Shown: positions 1 to 10,861 of the stretch, piece by piece
Position numbering within the stretch: position 1 is the first letter of the stretch
Layout of the letters: each line of letters opens with the position of its first letter
From: a virus
Strand: one strand, 5' to 3'
Length of the DNA: 64,000 nt
IMG/VR virus record: IMGVR_UViG_3300025617_000007
Coordinates: 32,001-96,000 of that record
The notes under the pieces: model-generated
What the model saw: only the letters and a program-made list of their open reading frames with translations
The model's database searches: none
Told to the model about the DNA's origin: nothing
Program-made: the position numbers and the translations under genes

Positions 1-20
1 CTTTTACAGTAAATCTAAAT

Positions 21-1745
21 TTATTCACAGTTATCAGTTATAGGTAAGTATATTATGTCATTTAAGACGTTATTGTTTTTCTGCATTGGAGTTAACATAA
101 AATCTATTTTTTTGAACGGGTAATGAGCGTTATTTAGGAACGGTACGTTAACTCCATTACCACTAGTATCTACATACCCATACTCGTAAATATCCCTCCA
201 TCTCCATCTTCCTTCGTATGTTGAGTAAAAAGAATAGTCGGGTATGTCAGTAACTTTATCCGCATCTCCTGTTTCAATATAATCAGAATACGCTCTAATA
301 GGTACACTGTAATGGGGATTATATGCATAACCTGAAGGCTTAACAGGTGTGTTACTAGTTAAGAAAACATTACTATTGAATGATATTTTATGTGACATTT
401 TCGAAACAACCGTTTCTTTCTGTTGAAATTTATTCCATTCACATATATCACCTTTTAATTCATGTCCTTTAATTAAATCTTCATTATAATAAAAGGTCTT
501 ACCACCTTTTGTGTAACTATTAAATGGTACATCACCATTATTGTCATTGTTGGTTTTATCCCACCAACTATCTATAGTATTTTCCTTAAAGTTAAAGTCC
601 CAACCTAATTCTAACCCTGATGGGTTCGTAGATACTACAGGATTGTTGAACCAACCCATATAACCTTTATTTATTATAGTCACAAATAATTCGGTTATCG
701 GTCTGTCAAGATTATCCATTAAACCAATTATATCAACATCTCTATCTATACTAAAACCAACCGTTTGTCTATTATCTTTAACAGATATTCTTTGTACATT
801 ATTTGGAGTTAATGCTGAATATTCAATTTTCTTTTTAACAGGAAAATTATTTCTTTCAAAACCCATTTTATGTAAATCGACATTTTGGACTTCAGTTAAT
901 GTTTTATGTTTTCTAATATAATACTCCGAAATAGTTTCACCTGAATTATTTGGGTCAATCACTCTTTTTAAATTACCAAAATATCCGTCATTAAATGTGG
1001 TTCCCGTAAACCCGTAGTCGTACACATTTAAAACTTTATCTTCATTACCAAATGATTGGTCACCAATACTATATACTTCAAATAAATTCCTACCATTTAC
1101 AGGTACCGGAAGATAAATGTAGTCACCAACATTTACATTGTGTTTATAACCACAATAAAAACTAACCATTCTTTTACCATTAACAACTCTGTTTTTTATA
1201 ACATATGGAACCCCATCTGACACCACAAAGTCATTAGTATTTTCATAAATTTCATCAGTATATGACATTGGTTGATTATAATAGTTACTTGAAGGATAAC
1301 TAACATATACTGACCAATTATAAGTACCTGCACTTTTGCTTTGAAATTGGACATGGTTAGGTATTGAACTCGTTCTATAAAATGTAAATTCATCATATTG
1401 AGGGTATCCCCTCCATGCAGTAGGTCCTGGACTCGTAACTTGTGCCGCGGTTAACTCATTAGTATAATACAAGTAATTTGCGAATGGTTGGTAAGATGTT
1501 AAACCCGTAACACTATTATTAACCAAATTTGTTATCTTACCCGATATTCTAAATTTTGTTGATATTTGTCTTTCATGGTTAAACCTTTCCTCTAAATTTA
1601 ATAAGACATTTCTATCCCCTTCTATCTTTTGTTTATTTGCACCATGTAACGGTACTTGAATAAACAAATCAGTGTCAGGAGAACCAACATACCTATCTGA
1701 ACCTCTTACAATTCTAATATTATCGTTATTTTTTTGATTAGACAT
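21..1745 (-). CDS. Hypothetical virion structural protein (baseplate/tail region)
   Basis: 574-aa ORF, Asn/Tyr/Gly-rich with no catalytic motif recognised. Its start overlaps the stop of the 1625-aa ORF at 1745, downstream of the baseplate J and gp25-like genes. Confidence 0.55.
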   Translation of the reverse strand: MSNQKNNDNIRIVRGSDRYVGSPDTDLFIQVPLHGANKQKIEGDRNVLLNLEERFNHERQISTKFRISGKITNLVNNSVTGLTSYQPFANYLYYTNELTAAQVTSPGPTAWRGYPQYDEFTFYRTSSIPNHVQFQSKSAGTYNWSVYVSYPSSNYYNQPMSYTDEIYENTNDFVVSDGVPYVIKNRVVNGKRMVSFYCGYKHNVNVGDYIYLPVPVNGRNLFEVYSIGDQSFGNEDKVLNVYDYGFTGTTFNDGYFGNLKRVIDPNNSGETISEYYIRKHKTLTEVQNVDLHKMGFERNNFPVKKKIEYSALTPNNVQRISVKDNRQTVGFSIDRDVDIIGLMDNLDRPITELFVTIINKGYMGWFNNPVVSTNPSGLELGWDFNFKENTIDSWWDKTNNDNNGDVPFNSYTKGGKTFYYNEDLIKGHELKGDICEWNKFQQKETVVSKMSHKISFNSNVFLTSNTPVKPSGYAYNPHYSVPIRAYSDYIETGDADKVTDIPDYSFYSTYEGRWRWRDIYEYGYVDTSGNGVNVPFLNNAHYPFKKIDFMLTPMQKNNNVLNDIIYLPITDNCE

Positions 1746-4700
1746 TATCCTACTATTGTTAAATATTTAGTAATAAATTTATTCATAGCACTTTTACCTC
1801 TTTTTAAACCGAAGTAAAAATAGAATGGTGACCCTACACGATATTTAGGGTTATTTGTCGGAATTATACTCACATCATCGTTATCACTATAAAGATACCC
1901 TGTACCTTCAAAAGATGGTGATTTAGGGTAATCCCCTCCCGTACCTAACGTATCGTTTTGGTAATTAACCTCAATAATTCCATTACCTGTAGTATCCCAA
2001 CCATTTTCTTGATTACCAAATAAGTTTGAAGTATTGTTTACATTCCACCGATAAGATGGGACCATTTGCGAATTAGGGTATCCAAATTTATTAGATAATG
2101 TAGGTGAAAATTGTGTGACACCAGGACCTATAATTTTTCTATTTTCAGTATTTGCGGTAAACCATATACCCATCAGAGCATCACCACCAACTGAACCCAC
2201 AAAAATATCATCCGCATAGTTATTATCAATATAAGGAATAACACCTAACTCAGAATTTATAGACACCATTTGAACATAGTCAGCATCCATTCTAGCATCG
2301 GTAAATCTATTACCAAAACCACTTTGTCTTGAGAACGATGCAGAAACTGTATCATCACCTAAGTTAAATAATTTCTCTAAAAAACCTCTATTAACTAATC
2401 TACTAATGATAAATAAGTTTAGTATCCCTGACATATCTTGATATGATGTACTTTTTAACTCACTCATAACATAAGACTCAAACTCAGGACTTAACATAAT
2501 TTCTTTTAAAAAGTCTGTCTTAGGTCCTAAATCCATAATTGTCGTAGGGAAAAATAATTGTCTATCATTTTTACCCGGATATAAAGTATTTAAATCCAAC
2601 CCCGTAAATTGTCCGTTATAATAAGGTGTTGAACGATAATAAAAGGAATTACTATCAGTATTAAAATAAATAGGACCTTTAAATTCTCGATTTTGAAAAA
2701 ACATTCCGAATTTACTTTGTCCTGGGTCTCCACAAAATTTATATCTTCTAACCTGATTATTACCATCAAAAAATGTTCTTTTTTGAAATGATGGCATATA
2801 TAAATTACCATTAACCCAATTATTTTGAAAAACTTGTCCGAAAACTCCTCTACACGCAGCAAAAACATACCTAAATCTCGCTTTCCATTCGGTAAAGTTT
2901 TTAATATCTTTAGGTATCGTTTTAATATACTTAGGTTTTATTAAGAAATAACAACCTCCAGTCATATCTTCATCATTACAGTCAGGATTACTAGTGTTAA
3001 TTCCAAAGGTAGTACCCTCACCATCATAACAATTTAATGGGACCATACCATTACAAGTAAAACTATCCAAAACACCTGAGAGTTGAGGATTTATACCTCC
3101 ATCCGCCATATCCTGACCCGCCGATGAACCGTCAGTAGCAATTGATGTCTGTCCCGGAGGTTGAGACTGAGCACCATCATCACTAATTTCAAAAATCTTG
3201 AAATCTTCACTTAAGTGAAAGACAAAGTTTTGAATACCGGTATAATTAGGCGCATAACCTTTATCAACTCCACTAGAGCGAGGTAATCTATCACTTCTAA
3301 AAACTATCGGTTGATTAGTAGAACTATTAACATTAATTAAAGTAGTTGTCGGGTTTGGAGATAAATCACCATAGGTTGTTGACACCGTAAAAACGTCAAC
3401 ACTATTATCAATTATGCTATGATAAGTCTTTTTAACGTATTGGTATGTCGAACCCTCAATCCTATCTTGGATAGTGGATGCATCTATTACAAATTTATTA
3501 TCATTGTTGGTTACAACACCATTGGATTTAGGTAATAAATTTGTAATTGACTTATCAATAGATGAATACCTTTTTATTGCACTAGTGGTGAATGCGGTAA
3601 ATTTAGTTTCATCGACTTTATACAAAAAAGAATTATGAAATAATGGTGACATATTTGAAGAATTATTAGTATTACTAATCCAATCACCCCCACTACGACA
3701 AAAGTGTGGTGATGGGGTCATAACATCTTCTCTCCAAATATTTGAACCTGAACATATAGAATTACCTCCATTATGTTGAATAGGTACGTTTAAGTAGTAT
3801 TCACCTGACACTGTAGAGGTGCCGTAGTTTTGACCAAATAATTTTGATAAGTCATATCGTATTTCTTGTTTTGGTGAATGTGGGTCCACACCTCTATTCA
3901 TTATGACCATAACCAAATTACGATAATTACTATATTGTTTCAAAGTATTAAGGTTATTAATACCTGTAAATAGGTCATGTCCACAATTAAATAGTGTTAT
4001 TTTACCTATCAAATATTTCCACAAAATTGATTTAGTTGTGTATGGCGCAGTAGACCCCGTAATGGTATCAATAATATTACCCATAGTTGTGGCACTTATG
4101 ACTTGGAAATACTCAACACCTGATTCAAATCTATAATCTTGTTCAAGTATCACCTCATTATAAAGCTGTAGATTTACAGATTGTGGGTTACCTCCGTTTG
4201 GTGGTTGATAACTAATCGTTGATGGGATATATGAGGTACTATTGTGTGAAACCGTACCTGTTATAGATTGAGTACCATACTGATTAAGTGTTGCACCTGT
4301 AACGTTAGGGTCATTAATTCCGTTTAAATCTTCAAACGTCAACAACTGACCAGGATTATACTGATTACCCGATTCAAGTACCATTATTAATGGTAAATCT
4401 TCAAATTGATTAACACCTGACGATGGGGTATTGTAGGTTGCGGACGGAAGTTGAGAGTTCACTATTTGAGTCCTAATAATATTAGGAGTGTTAGTATCAA
4501 AATACCGACTTCTTTGGTTTATTAAGTTTAATGATTGAGCCAAAGATATAGTATTTGTTGCCCTAAAATGGTTCTTATTAAGAGTATTACCATTAGTATT
4601 AAAATATAAAGGTGTTTTATACCATTTAAGACTTAATCTAGTATTAAGACTGTCATTAATCGCTTTAGGTTTCCAACCTCCAAGTGCATAACCATAAGAT

Positions 4701-6622
4701 AAATCATAAAACTCAGGATTTTCAGTTTTACAAGTCTCACCAGCATCCCATGGGATTAACTCAGTAAATGACGCTAGTGTTGAATTTTTAGTGTCTTGAG
4801 CAAATGTTTGTGAATCAGTATAGTCATTACCATCATCAGGATTTTCAGTGTTGGTACAAGGACATGCCTCACAATCAGGATATGACATCATAGGTAGTGG
4901 TAAATTACTAGCAGGGAAAGGACCTAATTCGTCTATTTTTTTATCATCGCAATCAGATTTATCTAATTTTTTAGATAAAAATGCAACCACTTGACATATC
5001 TTACCGTAAATAAAATTAACTATAGGTATTATTATCTTGTTTATAAGCCACCTAACAATTTCATAAATAAACGCCGCAATATGTGCAACAATTATCAATA
5101 TATAAATAATAGGACTTAATATGGTTAAAAGTAACTGTACTATAAAGTTTATAAAATCAAAATTCCTAATCGCTTCATTGATTGGGAATCTATTGTTTTC
5201 AGATTGACAAGCCTTATCGGTTATCTCTTTAATCCCTAAATGTGATGCTCTATTAAAACCCCATTTAAATCTATCTATATGTGATGCAACGGTATAAACT
5301 TTATTATAATTAAATTGATAAAAAGTATCTTCACATTTAATAGCCTCAGACTTATCAAAATAATCGTTCCAGTCTAAAGAGAATGAATACGATTTATTAA
5401 ATGAGTCTTCAGGTAAACTAGAGTACGCTCCACTGGTAGGTGAAGTATTCCAATGTTCTTTTACGTTCGGTATAAGATAGTTCGCTCTCATTATTGAATC
5501 GTCCAAACCACCTTCGTTCATCCATTTTATTTTAAACCTATACTTAGATTTAGTTGGAATACCTATCGTTGGGTCAGGAGAATTAACCCTTTCACCAAAT
5601 TCATTAGTAATAACATAATCTAAATTCATCGGCATTTCAGTCAACCAAGCACCATTATCATCAATGATATTACCACCATCTTCTAATTTATATTCTTCGA
5701 GAACGGGGTCACCATTAACGTCTTCTAAAATTGTTTGTCTAATAGCCAATACCTGTCCAGGACCTGCAGTTAAATCACATAAATTACCAACATCTTTTTT
5801 AGGTCTACAACTAGCCTTCAAATAATCGTCTTCGCTTGAGGACATGATAGAACCCATAAACACACAGTGTGGTGTAATCTCAATACCTTGTTCCCTTAAA
5901 TCAAAGTCAGCTCTAGTAATACCAACATCACAGGTCTCGCTAGCACCCCAAAAGGATGACACGTCAATGTCTTTAACTTCATGAACTATTTGAGGTAAAG
6001 AGTCAATATTTTCAGAATCCTTAAATAATTGACCATTAAATTGTGATGGTACTCCCATTCCCATTCTGATTAAGTCAGATGGTCTTAATGAAAATTCACC
6101 CATATTTGATAGGTCTAAATCCATTACTAATTTTTGAGCACCTAAAGGTACACCGACAATCATAAAATCACCCGAATCATTTGTCCTTACTGAATATTTG
6201 TAATATTTGTCGTAAACATGAAGTACTTCTTTTCTTGTCAATACATCCTCAATATCGGGAAAAGTACCCGTGGCATTATGACCATAATACTCATCTCTAT
6301 ACGGTAATAAGTTATAACGATACCCATCCTCATTTTTACCTTCAGGTGTTTTATACGGATATAATGTCGATATTACAGGGTCATTTTCATCAATTTGGTC
6401 AATAGGTACAAAGATAGAGATATGTGCATTTGGTACTCCAAAACCACCATTAGCGATTACACGACCAACAACCACACCGTAATCTGCACAGAATTGTGTA
6501 TATAAATCTTCTTGTCTTAACTTTAAAGATAATATTTCTAAAGAATCAAAGTCTTGGTCGATTCTTATGTTGATATCTTTATCGACACCGGGTTCAGTTC
6601 TTATTCTGATAGATTTTGGCAT
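1745..6622 (-). CDS. Large baseplate-associated structural protein with an N-terminal carboxypeptidase-regulatory-like beta domain and an internal hydrophobic segment
   Basis: 1625 aa. VVVGRVIANGGFGVPNAHISIF resembles a CarboxypepD_reg/transthyretin-like start. It follows the gp6/J-like gene and has TATTTAT upstream (6637-6643). Confidence 0.55.
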   Translation of the reverse strand: MPKSIRIRTEPGVDKDINIRIDQDFDSLEILSLKLRQEDLYTQFCADYGVVVGRVIANGGFGVPNAHISIFVPIDQIDENDPVISTLYPYKTPEGKNEDGYRYNLLPYRDEYYGHNATGTFPDIEDVLTRKEVLHVYDKYYKYSVRTNDSGDFMIVGVPLGAQKLVMDLDLSNMGEFSLRPSDLIRMGMGVPSQFNGQLFKDSENIDSLPQIVHEVKDIDVSSFWGASETCDVGITRADFDLREQGIEITPHCVFMGSIMSSSEDDYLKASCRPKKDVGNLCDLTAGPGQVLAIRQTILEDVNGDPVLEEYKLEDGGNIIDDNGAWLTEMPMNLDYVITNEFGERVNSPDPTIGIPTKSKYRFKIKWMNEGGLDDSIMRANYLIPNVKEHWNTSPTSGAYSSLPEDSFNKSYSFSLDWNDYFDKSEAIKCEDTFYQFNYNKVYTVASHIDRFKWGFNRASHLGIKEITDKACQSENNRFPINEAIRNFDFINFIVQLLLTILSPIIYILIIVAHIAAFIYEIVRWLINKIIIPIVNFIYGKICQVVAFLSKKLDKSDCDDKKIDELGPFPASNLPLPMMSYPDCEACPCTNTENPDDGNDYTDSQTFAQDTKNSTLASFTELIPWDAGETCKTENPEFYDLSYGYALGGWKPKAINDSLNTRLSLKWYKTPLYFNTNGNTLNKNHFRATNTISLAQSLNLINQRSRYFDTNTPNIIRTQIVNSQLPSATYNTPSSGVNQFEDLPLIMVLESGNQYNPGQLLTFEDLNGINDPNVTGATLNQYGTQSITGTVSHNSTSYIPSTISYQPPNGGNPQSVNLQLYNEVILEQDYRFESGVEYFQVISATTMGNIIDTITGSTAPYTTKSILWKYLIGKITLFNCGHDLFTGINNLNTLKQYSNYRNLVMVIMNRGVDPHSPKQEIRYDLSKLFGQNYGTSTVSGEYYLNVPIQHNGGNSICSGSNIWREDVMTPSPHFCRSGGDWISNTNNSSNMSPLFHNSFLYKVDETKFTAFTTSAIKRYSSIDKSITNLLPKSNGVVTNNDNKFVIDASTIQDRIEGSTYQYVKKTYHSIIDNSVDVFTVSTTYGDLSPNPTTTLINVNSSTNQPIVFRSDRLPRSSGVDKGYAPNYTGIQNFVFHLSEDFKIFEISDDGAQSQPPGQTSIATDGSSAGQDMADGGINPQLSGVLDSFTCNGMVPLNCYDGEGTTFGINTSNPDCNDEDMTGGCYFLIKPKYIKTIPKDIKNFTEWKARFRYVFAACRGVFGQVFQNNWVNGNLYMPSFQKRTFFDGNNQVRRYKFCGDPGQSKFGMFFQNREFKGPIYFNTDSNSFYYRSTPYYNGQFTGLDLNTLYPGKNDRQLFFPTTIMDLGPKTDFLKEIMLSPEFESYVMSELKSTSYQDMSGILNLFIISRLVNRGFLEKLFNLGDDTVSASFSRQSGFGNRFTDARMDADYVQMVSINSELGVIPYIDNNYADDIFVGSVGGDALMGIWFTANTENRKIIGPGVTQFSPTLSNKFGYPNSQMVPSYRWNVNNTSNLFGNQENGWDTTGNGIIEVNYQNDTLGTGGDYPKSPSFEGTGYLYSDNDDVSIIPTNNPKYRVGSPFYFYFGLKRGKSAMNKFITKYLTIVG

Positions 6623-6694
6623 AATTAGTTTTTAAGATAAATAGTTATTCATCTTAATTTTAATTTGTTTTTGAAAAAAGTATATGGATGTGAT

Positions 6695-8533
6695 TTATGT
6701 GAAATCTACATTTTTAAGTGACTTAGCTCGAACCTTAATGTCTAACTCAGGAAAACGTATCTGATAAACCTGATTTGGTTGGGCAAAAATTGTATCATCA
6801 ATCAATTGAATTTCTTTGGTTTCTGAGTCAGAATATCTTTGTGAGGTTTGAGAACTTGAGTATCTACCTCCAACCTTATTAATTACTTTTAACTCTGATA
6901 AACTTATAACCCCCGGAATATCCTGAACAATTCTTCTAATATCAGAAATATTTACATTATTACCCAATTGTTGTGTTTGTGGTGAAAAATAACTATCAAC
7001 TGAATTGACAATATTTGTAATTACTTGACCTTGGTTTTCAGTAGAATCCATCACTACCGAAAATTCAAACTCTAAATCAATCACCTTAGCATTCGTAACT
7101 GAAATATAATCATTTATCATCCTATAATGTGATAAATAATTTGCAATATTTTGTTTTAAAGTATTTGACACTGACTCAGTTAACTTACCTTGAGTGTCGT
7201 AAGATAACATCTCAATTTTAATCTTATTGTCTTCTTCAGTTATAGATGCCTTTGCCGGTGCTCCAAATCTACTTGGCATAGTCCTAACTAAAGAATTGTA
7301 ATCGTTCACCGTTACAGCCCTCTTTTGAGCTGCAAAGTTAAATGATACCATATTTCTAACTTCCTCAACCGTAGGTAAATCACCTCCACCAATAGCAGCA
7401 GTAACATTAGTGGTTCTTAAACTCTCCCTCACATTTTGATTTATAGTGTTAGAAGGACCATTTATTTCAAAATTAGTAGTACCAAATTGAGTTATACTAT
7501 TAACCCCTACATTCGAGGCTTTACCCCCACCTATTCGATATTGTACGAATAACGTAGTATTAGGTTTAACTGTTAAACCTAAGGCAATATTGTTTTGATA
7601 GTCTTGTATTCTTAAAGGAACACCTGTTCTCGCAAACTGCTCTAACTGTTCCTCAGCTGAAGTAGTAGCACTACCAAAAGTTAATTTACAATAACCTTCA
7701 GGTGTATACTCAGATACAAATCTATTTTCTGTTTCAATATATTTACCAACTTTAATTCCTGGTTGGTCAGACGGCTTAGTCGGGTCTTCAATAAAAATTT
7801 TAGACTCAGCCAATGCATCTACCTCATACCATTTATTAGTTGAGTCGGTAAACTCTCCATATGTTGGAGGTGATTGATAATTCACACCGTCTTTCTGAAT
7901 AACAGATGTAATACTAATAACATTTTTTTCAGGTAAGAAAAATTCATAAAAAGGTCTTACATCTCCGTTATTAATCACCTTTTTAAATGTTTTAGTTAAC
8001 CCATTAACTACTACTTCTCTTTTAGTTATAGTATAATTAATAAGGTTATTGTTAGAGTCAAAATTAGGTATTTTAGTTCTATTAGGAAACCCTTCACTAT
8101 TGTATTGGGTACTGAAATCAATATCATTTGGATTTTCAAATGCTTGTCCACCACCTATAAATTGAGACCCCGCTCTCATCACTCCCAAATATCTTTCATC
8201 TTCTTGGTCCCCTAATGCAGGTACTGTAATTGACACATCAACCAATGCAATTGACGGTCTATTACCCGGTATTTTAAGACCGTAAGTTCTGGCTATATTA
8301 TATATTGAAGATTTTTGTTGAGCGTATTGTAGAACCGTTTCTTGAATACTACGGTCCATGTGGTAATGTAAATTATCACCAATCGCAGCATTTAAATCCA
8401 TGAACACCGAATAAATCGACGCATCATTAAAGTTACCTACTAAGTCAGGATAATACTGTTGAGTGTAATTTATTAATTCCTGTCTTAAAGATTGAAAATC
8501 TCTATCTGTGTATGATATTTTACGATTAGCCAT
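6695..8533 (-). CDS. Baseplate wedge protein, T4 gp6 / P2 J-like
   Basis: N-terminal DRDFQSLRQELINY, QETVLQYAQQKSSIYNIARTYG, YRIGGG and AQKRAVTVNDY are typical of baseplate J/gp6. Lies next to the gp25-like gene. Confidence 0.9.
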   Translation of the reverse strand: MANRKISYTDRDFQSLRQELINYTQQYYPDLVGNFNDASIYSVFMDLNAAIGDNLHYHMDRSIQETVLQYAQQKSSIYNIARTYGLKIPGNRPSIALVDVSITVPALGDQEDERYLGVMRAGSQFIGGGQAFENPNDIDFSTQYNSEGFPNRTKIPNFDSNNNLINYTITKREVVVNGLTKTFKKVINNGDVRPFYEFFLPEKNVISITSVIQKDGVNYQSPPTYGEFTDSTNKWYEVDALAESKIFIEDPTKPSDQPGIKVGKYIETENRFVSEYTPEGYCKLTFGSATTSAEEQLEQFARTGVPLRIQDYQNNIALGLTVKPNTTLFVQYRIGGGKASNVGVNSITQFGTTNFEINGPSNTINQNVRESLRTTNVTAAIGGGDLPTVEEVRNMVSFNFAAQKRAVTVNDYNSLVRTMPSRFGAPAKASITEEDNKIKIEMLSYDTQGKLTESVSNTLKQNIANYLSHYRMINDYISVTNAKVIDLEFEFSVVMDSTENQGQVITNIVNSVDSYFSPQTQQLGNNVNISDIRRIVQDIPGVISLSELKVINKVGGRYSSSQTSQRYSDSETKEIQLIDDTIFAQPNQVYQIRFPELDIKVRAKSLKNVDFT

Positions 8534-8539
8534 ATACTA

Positions 8540-9001
8540 TTAAATATTAATTATTACAAAATCTTTTGATTCAAATGTACCCGACTGTATCGTGTAATCG
8601 ATTCTAAGTTTTGCGGTGTATTCTTCAGTCCCTCTACCTGCAATTTTAAATACCTGACCACCTAATTCTTCATAATTTATTTCACCAGGTAAAGGTTCAG
8701 ATTCCAAATATGGTTCTATTGTTATGTCATTTATTTGTAAGTTAGGGATATATTTATCCACAGCTTGTCTAACATCGGCTTTAATCGAGTCGAACGTTGG
8801 ACCATCCATAGGTTCAAATATGAACTCATATATTCTTGTTCCAAAATCAGGTAAATAGTACCTACTACCCTTACGTGTAAGGATTAAATGTAATAAGTCT
8901 GCCCTAATTTCTTCATCAGTTGTTTGTGTCAATCTAAGGTAGTCTCCTCTCGGACTATCCCTAAATGGGAAAAATACACCGTATGTTTTACCGTCTGCCA
9001 T
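8540..9001 (-). CDS. Baseplate wedge protein, gp25-like (GPW/gp25 family)
   Basis: IRADLLHLILTRKGSRYYLPDFGTRIYEFIFEP matches the gp25 family signature. Confidence 0.9.
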   Translation of the reverse strand: MADGKTYGVFFPFRDSPRGDYLRLTQTTDEEIRADLLHLILTRKGSRYYLPDFGTRIYEFIFEPMDGPTFDSIKADVRQAVDKYIPNLQINDITIEPYLESEPLPGEINYEELGGQVFKIAGRGTEEYTAKLRIDYTIQSGTFESKDFVIINI

Positions 9002-9046
9002 ATTTCATAAATATAATGACACATAATTTTATCTAAACTATATAAT

Positions 9047-9075
9047 AAAAAAGGTCAGACAACGTCTGACCTTTT
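9047..9075 (-). terminator. Intrinsic terminator after nrdA
   Basis: Perfect inverted repeat AAAAGGTCAGAC-aac-GTCTGACCTTTT with flanking A/T tracts, 54 nt past the nrdA stop. Confidence 0.8.
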
Positions 9076-9128
9076 CCTTCCTTAACCTAATAAGATATTA
9101 CGAGTTTTCGTTTCTTATAATCTTGTTG

Positions 9129-10835
9129 TTACCCTTCACACGCAACACATTGTAAATCATTTAACCCTAATTTCTTTCTTGCGAAAGCCTGAGCCGAGTT
9201 CATTGAGTGTTGGTAATAAAGTGTTTTAACCCCTAATTGCCATGCATCTATAAGTAGTTTATTAACATCCTTTGTCGGCATATCAGGTGAAATCATTAAA
9301 TTCAATGATTGTGATTGGTCAATAAAGTCTTGCCTAATAGCCGCTTGATTAATGATAGTTGCTTGGTTTATTTCCGCAAATGTCCTAAAGATTTCTCTTT
9401 GTTCATCTGTTAAAAAGTCTAAATGTTGAACTGAACCATCATTTTGTTTAATACTGTTCCAAACCTCTTTGGTGTCTTGTCCTAACTCTTTAAGTAGTTT
9501 TTCTAAGATTGGGTTCTTAATAGTAACTTTCATCTTAGCAACATCTTTTACATAACAATTTGACCATATTGGTTCGATTGATTGTGAAACTTGTCCCAAA
9601 ATAAATGCTGATGAAGTTGTAGGTGCGATAGCGTTCAATGTTACATTTCTTCTACCATATCCCTTTAGGTATTCAGGTTCACCGAACATCTTAGCCAACT
9701 CTTCTGAAGCCTCGTAAGATTTAGTTTTGATTAGTTTGAATACTTCAACATTCATCTTTGCAGCTTCTCTACTATCAAATGGTAACCCTTTTGATTGTAG
9801 GAAAGTATGCCACCCTAAAACACCTAAACCTAACGCTCTTTGTCTCTTAGCGAAGTTATATGCTTTCTCTAAATAAAAGAATGCTCTCTGACCCTCAATC
9901 GTACCGTTATCTCTAAATTCCTCAATTTTATGTAGAAATTCAGTAACCACCGCATCTAAAAACATAGTCATAGTTTCCACAGCATCAGTATCTTTCCACT
10001 CATCATAATGAAGAACGTTCATCGATGATAAAACACATACAAACGATTCTTCTTCTGAATTATGAAGTGCAATTTCAGAACATAGGTTTGAGTTATAAAT
10101 TTTAGCCCCTTTATCACGATAAACCTCAGGTGATTTATTATTCATAGTATCATGGAACATAATATATGGGTACCCTATTTCACCTCTTCTCTGAATCACT
10201 TTAGCCCAAATTGCTCTTTTTTCATCATCACCCGCAATCATTTCTTCCATGAATTTATCAGTCACGGTTACCGCATGTGTTAAATCTTGAATAGATGCAC
10301 CTTCAGTACCAATTTCTAAAAACTCCATAATGTCAGGATGTTCAACAGGTAAGTACGGTGAAAATCGACCTCTACGTGTCGAACCTTGTGAAATATTATC
10401 CACCACACTTTGAAAAAGATTCATGAAATGGACCGCCCCTGGTGCGTGTCCGTTGTCAGTAACTTCAGCACCTCTTCCTCGAATATTACCAAAATATCCT
10501 GAGGTACCTCCACCCATCTTACTCATCTCACCAACCTCTGCTTGTGTTAATAAAATTGATTCAATGTTATCACCAATATTTGAACCAAAACAACTCACGG
10601 GTAATCCTCTTTTTTTACCAAAGTTAGCCCAAACAGGTGAAGACAAAGAATACCAACCTTTACCCATATAATCATAAAACTTGTCAGCAAATCCTTCTAT
10701 CCCTAAAAGTTTTTCCGCGTGTTCTGCAATTGTTCTAACTCTCTCTAAAGGTTCTTCACCTTCACTCAAATACCCTCTACGAAGAAATGTTAATGACTCT
10801 TCGTTAATCCAATCAAAAGGTTTTCTATCTTTCAT
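9129..10835 (-). CDS. nrdA: Ribonucleotide reductase class Ia alpha subunit (no ATP-cone)
   Basis: NSNLCSEI (catalytic N/C/E), PVSCF, AIAPTTSS, VKTLYY radical-transfer tyrosines and C-terminal CVAC redox pair. At 568 aa it lacks an N-terminal cone. Confidence 0.95.
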   Translation of the reverse strand: MKDRKPFDWINEESLTFLRRGYLSEGEEPLERVRTIAEHAEKLLGIEGFADKFYDYMGKGWYSLSSPVWANFGKKRGLPVSCFGSNIGDNIESILLTQAEVGEMSKMGGGTSGYFGNIRGRGAEVTDNGHAPGAVHFMNLFQSVVDNISQGSTRRGRFSPYLPVEHPDIMEFLEIGTEGASIQDLTHAVTVTDKFMEEMIAGDDEKRAIWAKVIQRRGEIGYPYIMFHDTMNNKSPEVYRDKGAKIYNSNLCSEIALHNSEEESFVCVLSSMNVLHYDEWKDTDAVETMTMFLDAVVTEFLHKIEEFRDNGTIEGQRAFFYLEKAYNFAKRQRALGLGVLGWHTFLQSKGLPFDSREAAKMNVEVFKLIKTKSYEASEELAKMFGEPEYLKGYGRRNVTLNAIAPTTSSAFILGQVSQSIEPIWSNCYVKDVAKMKVTIKNPILEKLLKELGQDTKEVWNSIKQNDGSVQHLDFLTDEQREIFRTFAEINQATIINQAAIRQDFIDQSQSLNLMISPDMPTKDVNKLLIDAWQLGVKTLYYQHSMNSAQAFARKKLGLNDLQCVACEG

Positions 10836-10861
10836 ATTATTTTTATATTTTTTGTTTTGTT

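Noticed and set aside
1-28. Possible GTG start of the next minus-strand gene (MNKFRFTVK) overlapping the stop at 21
   Set aside because: Only nine codons are visible, which is too little to call.
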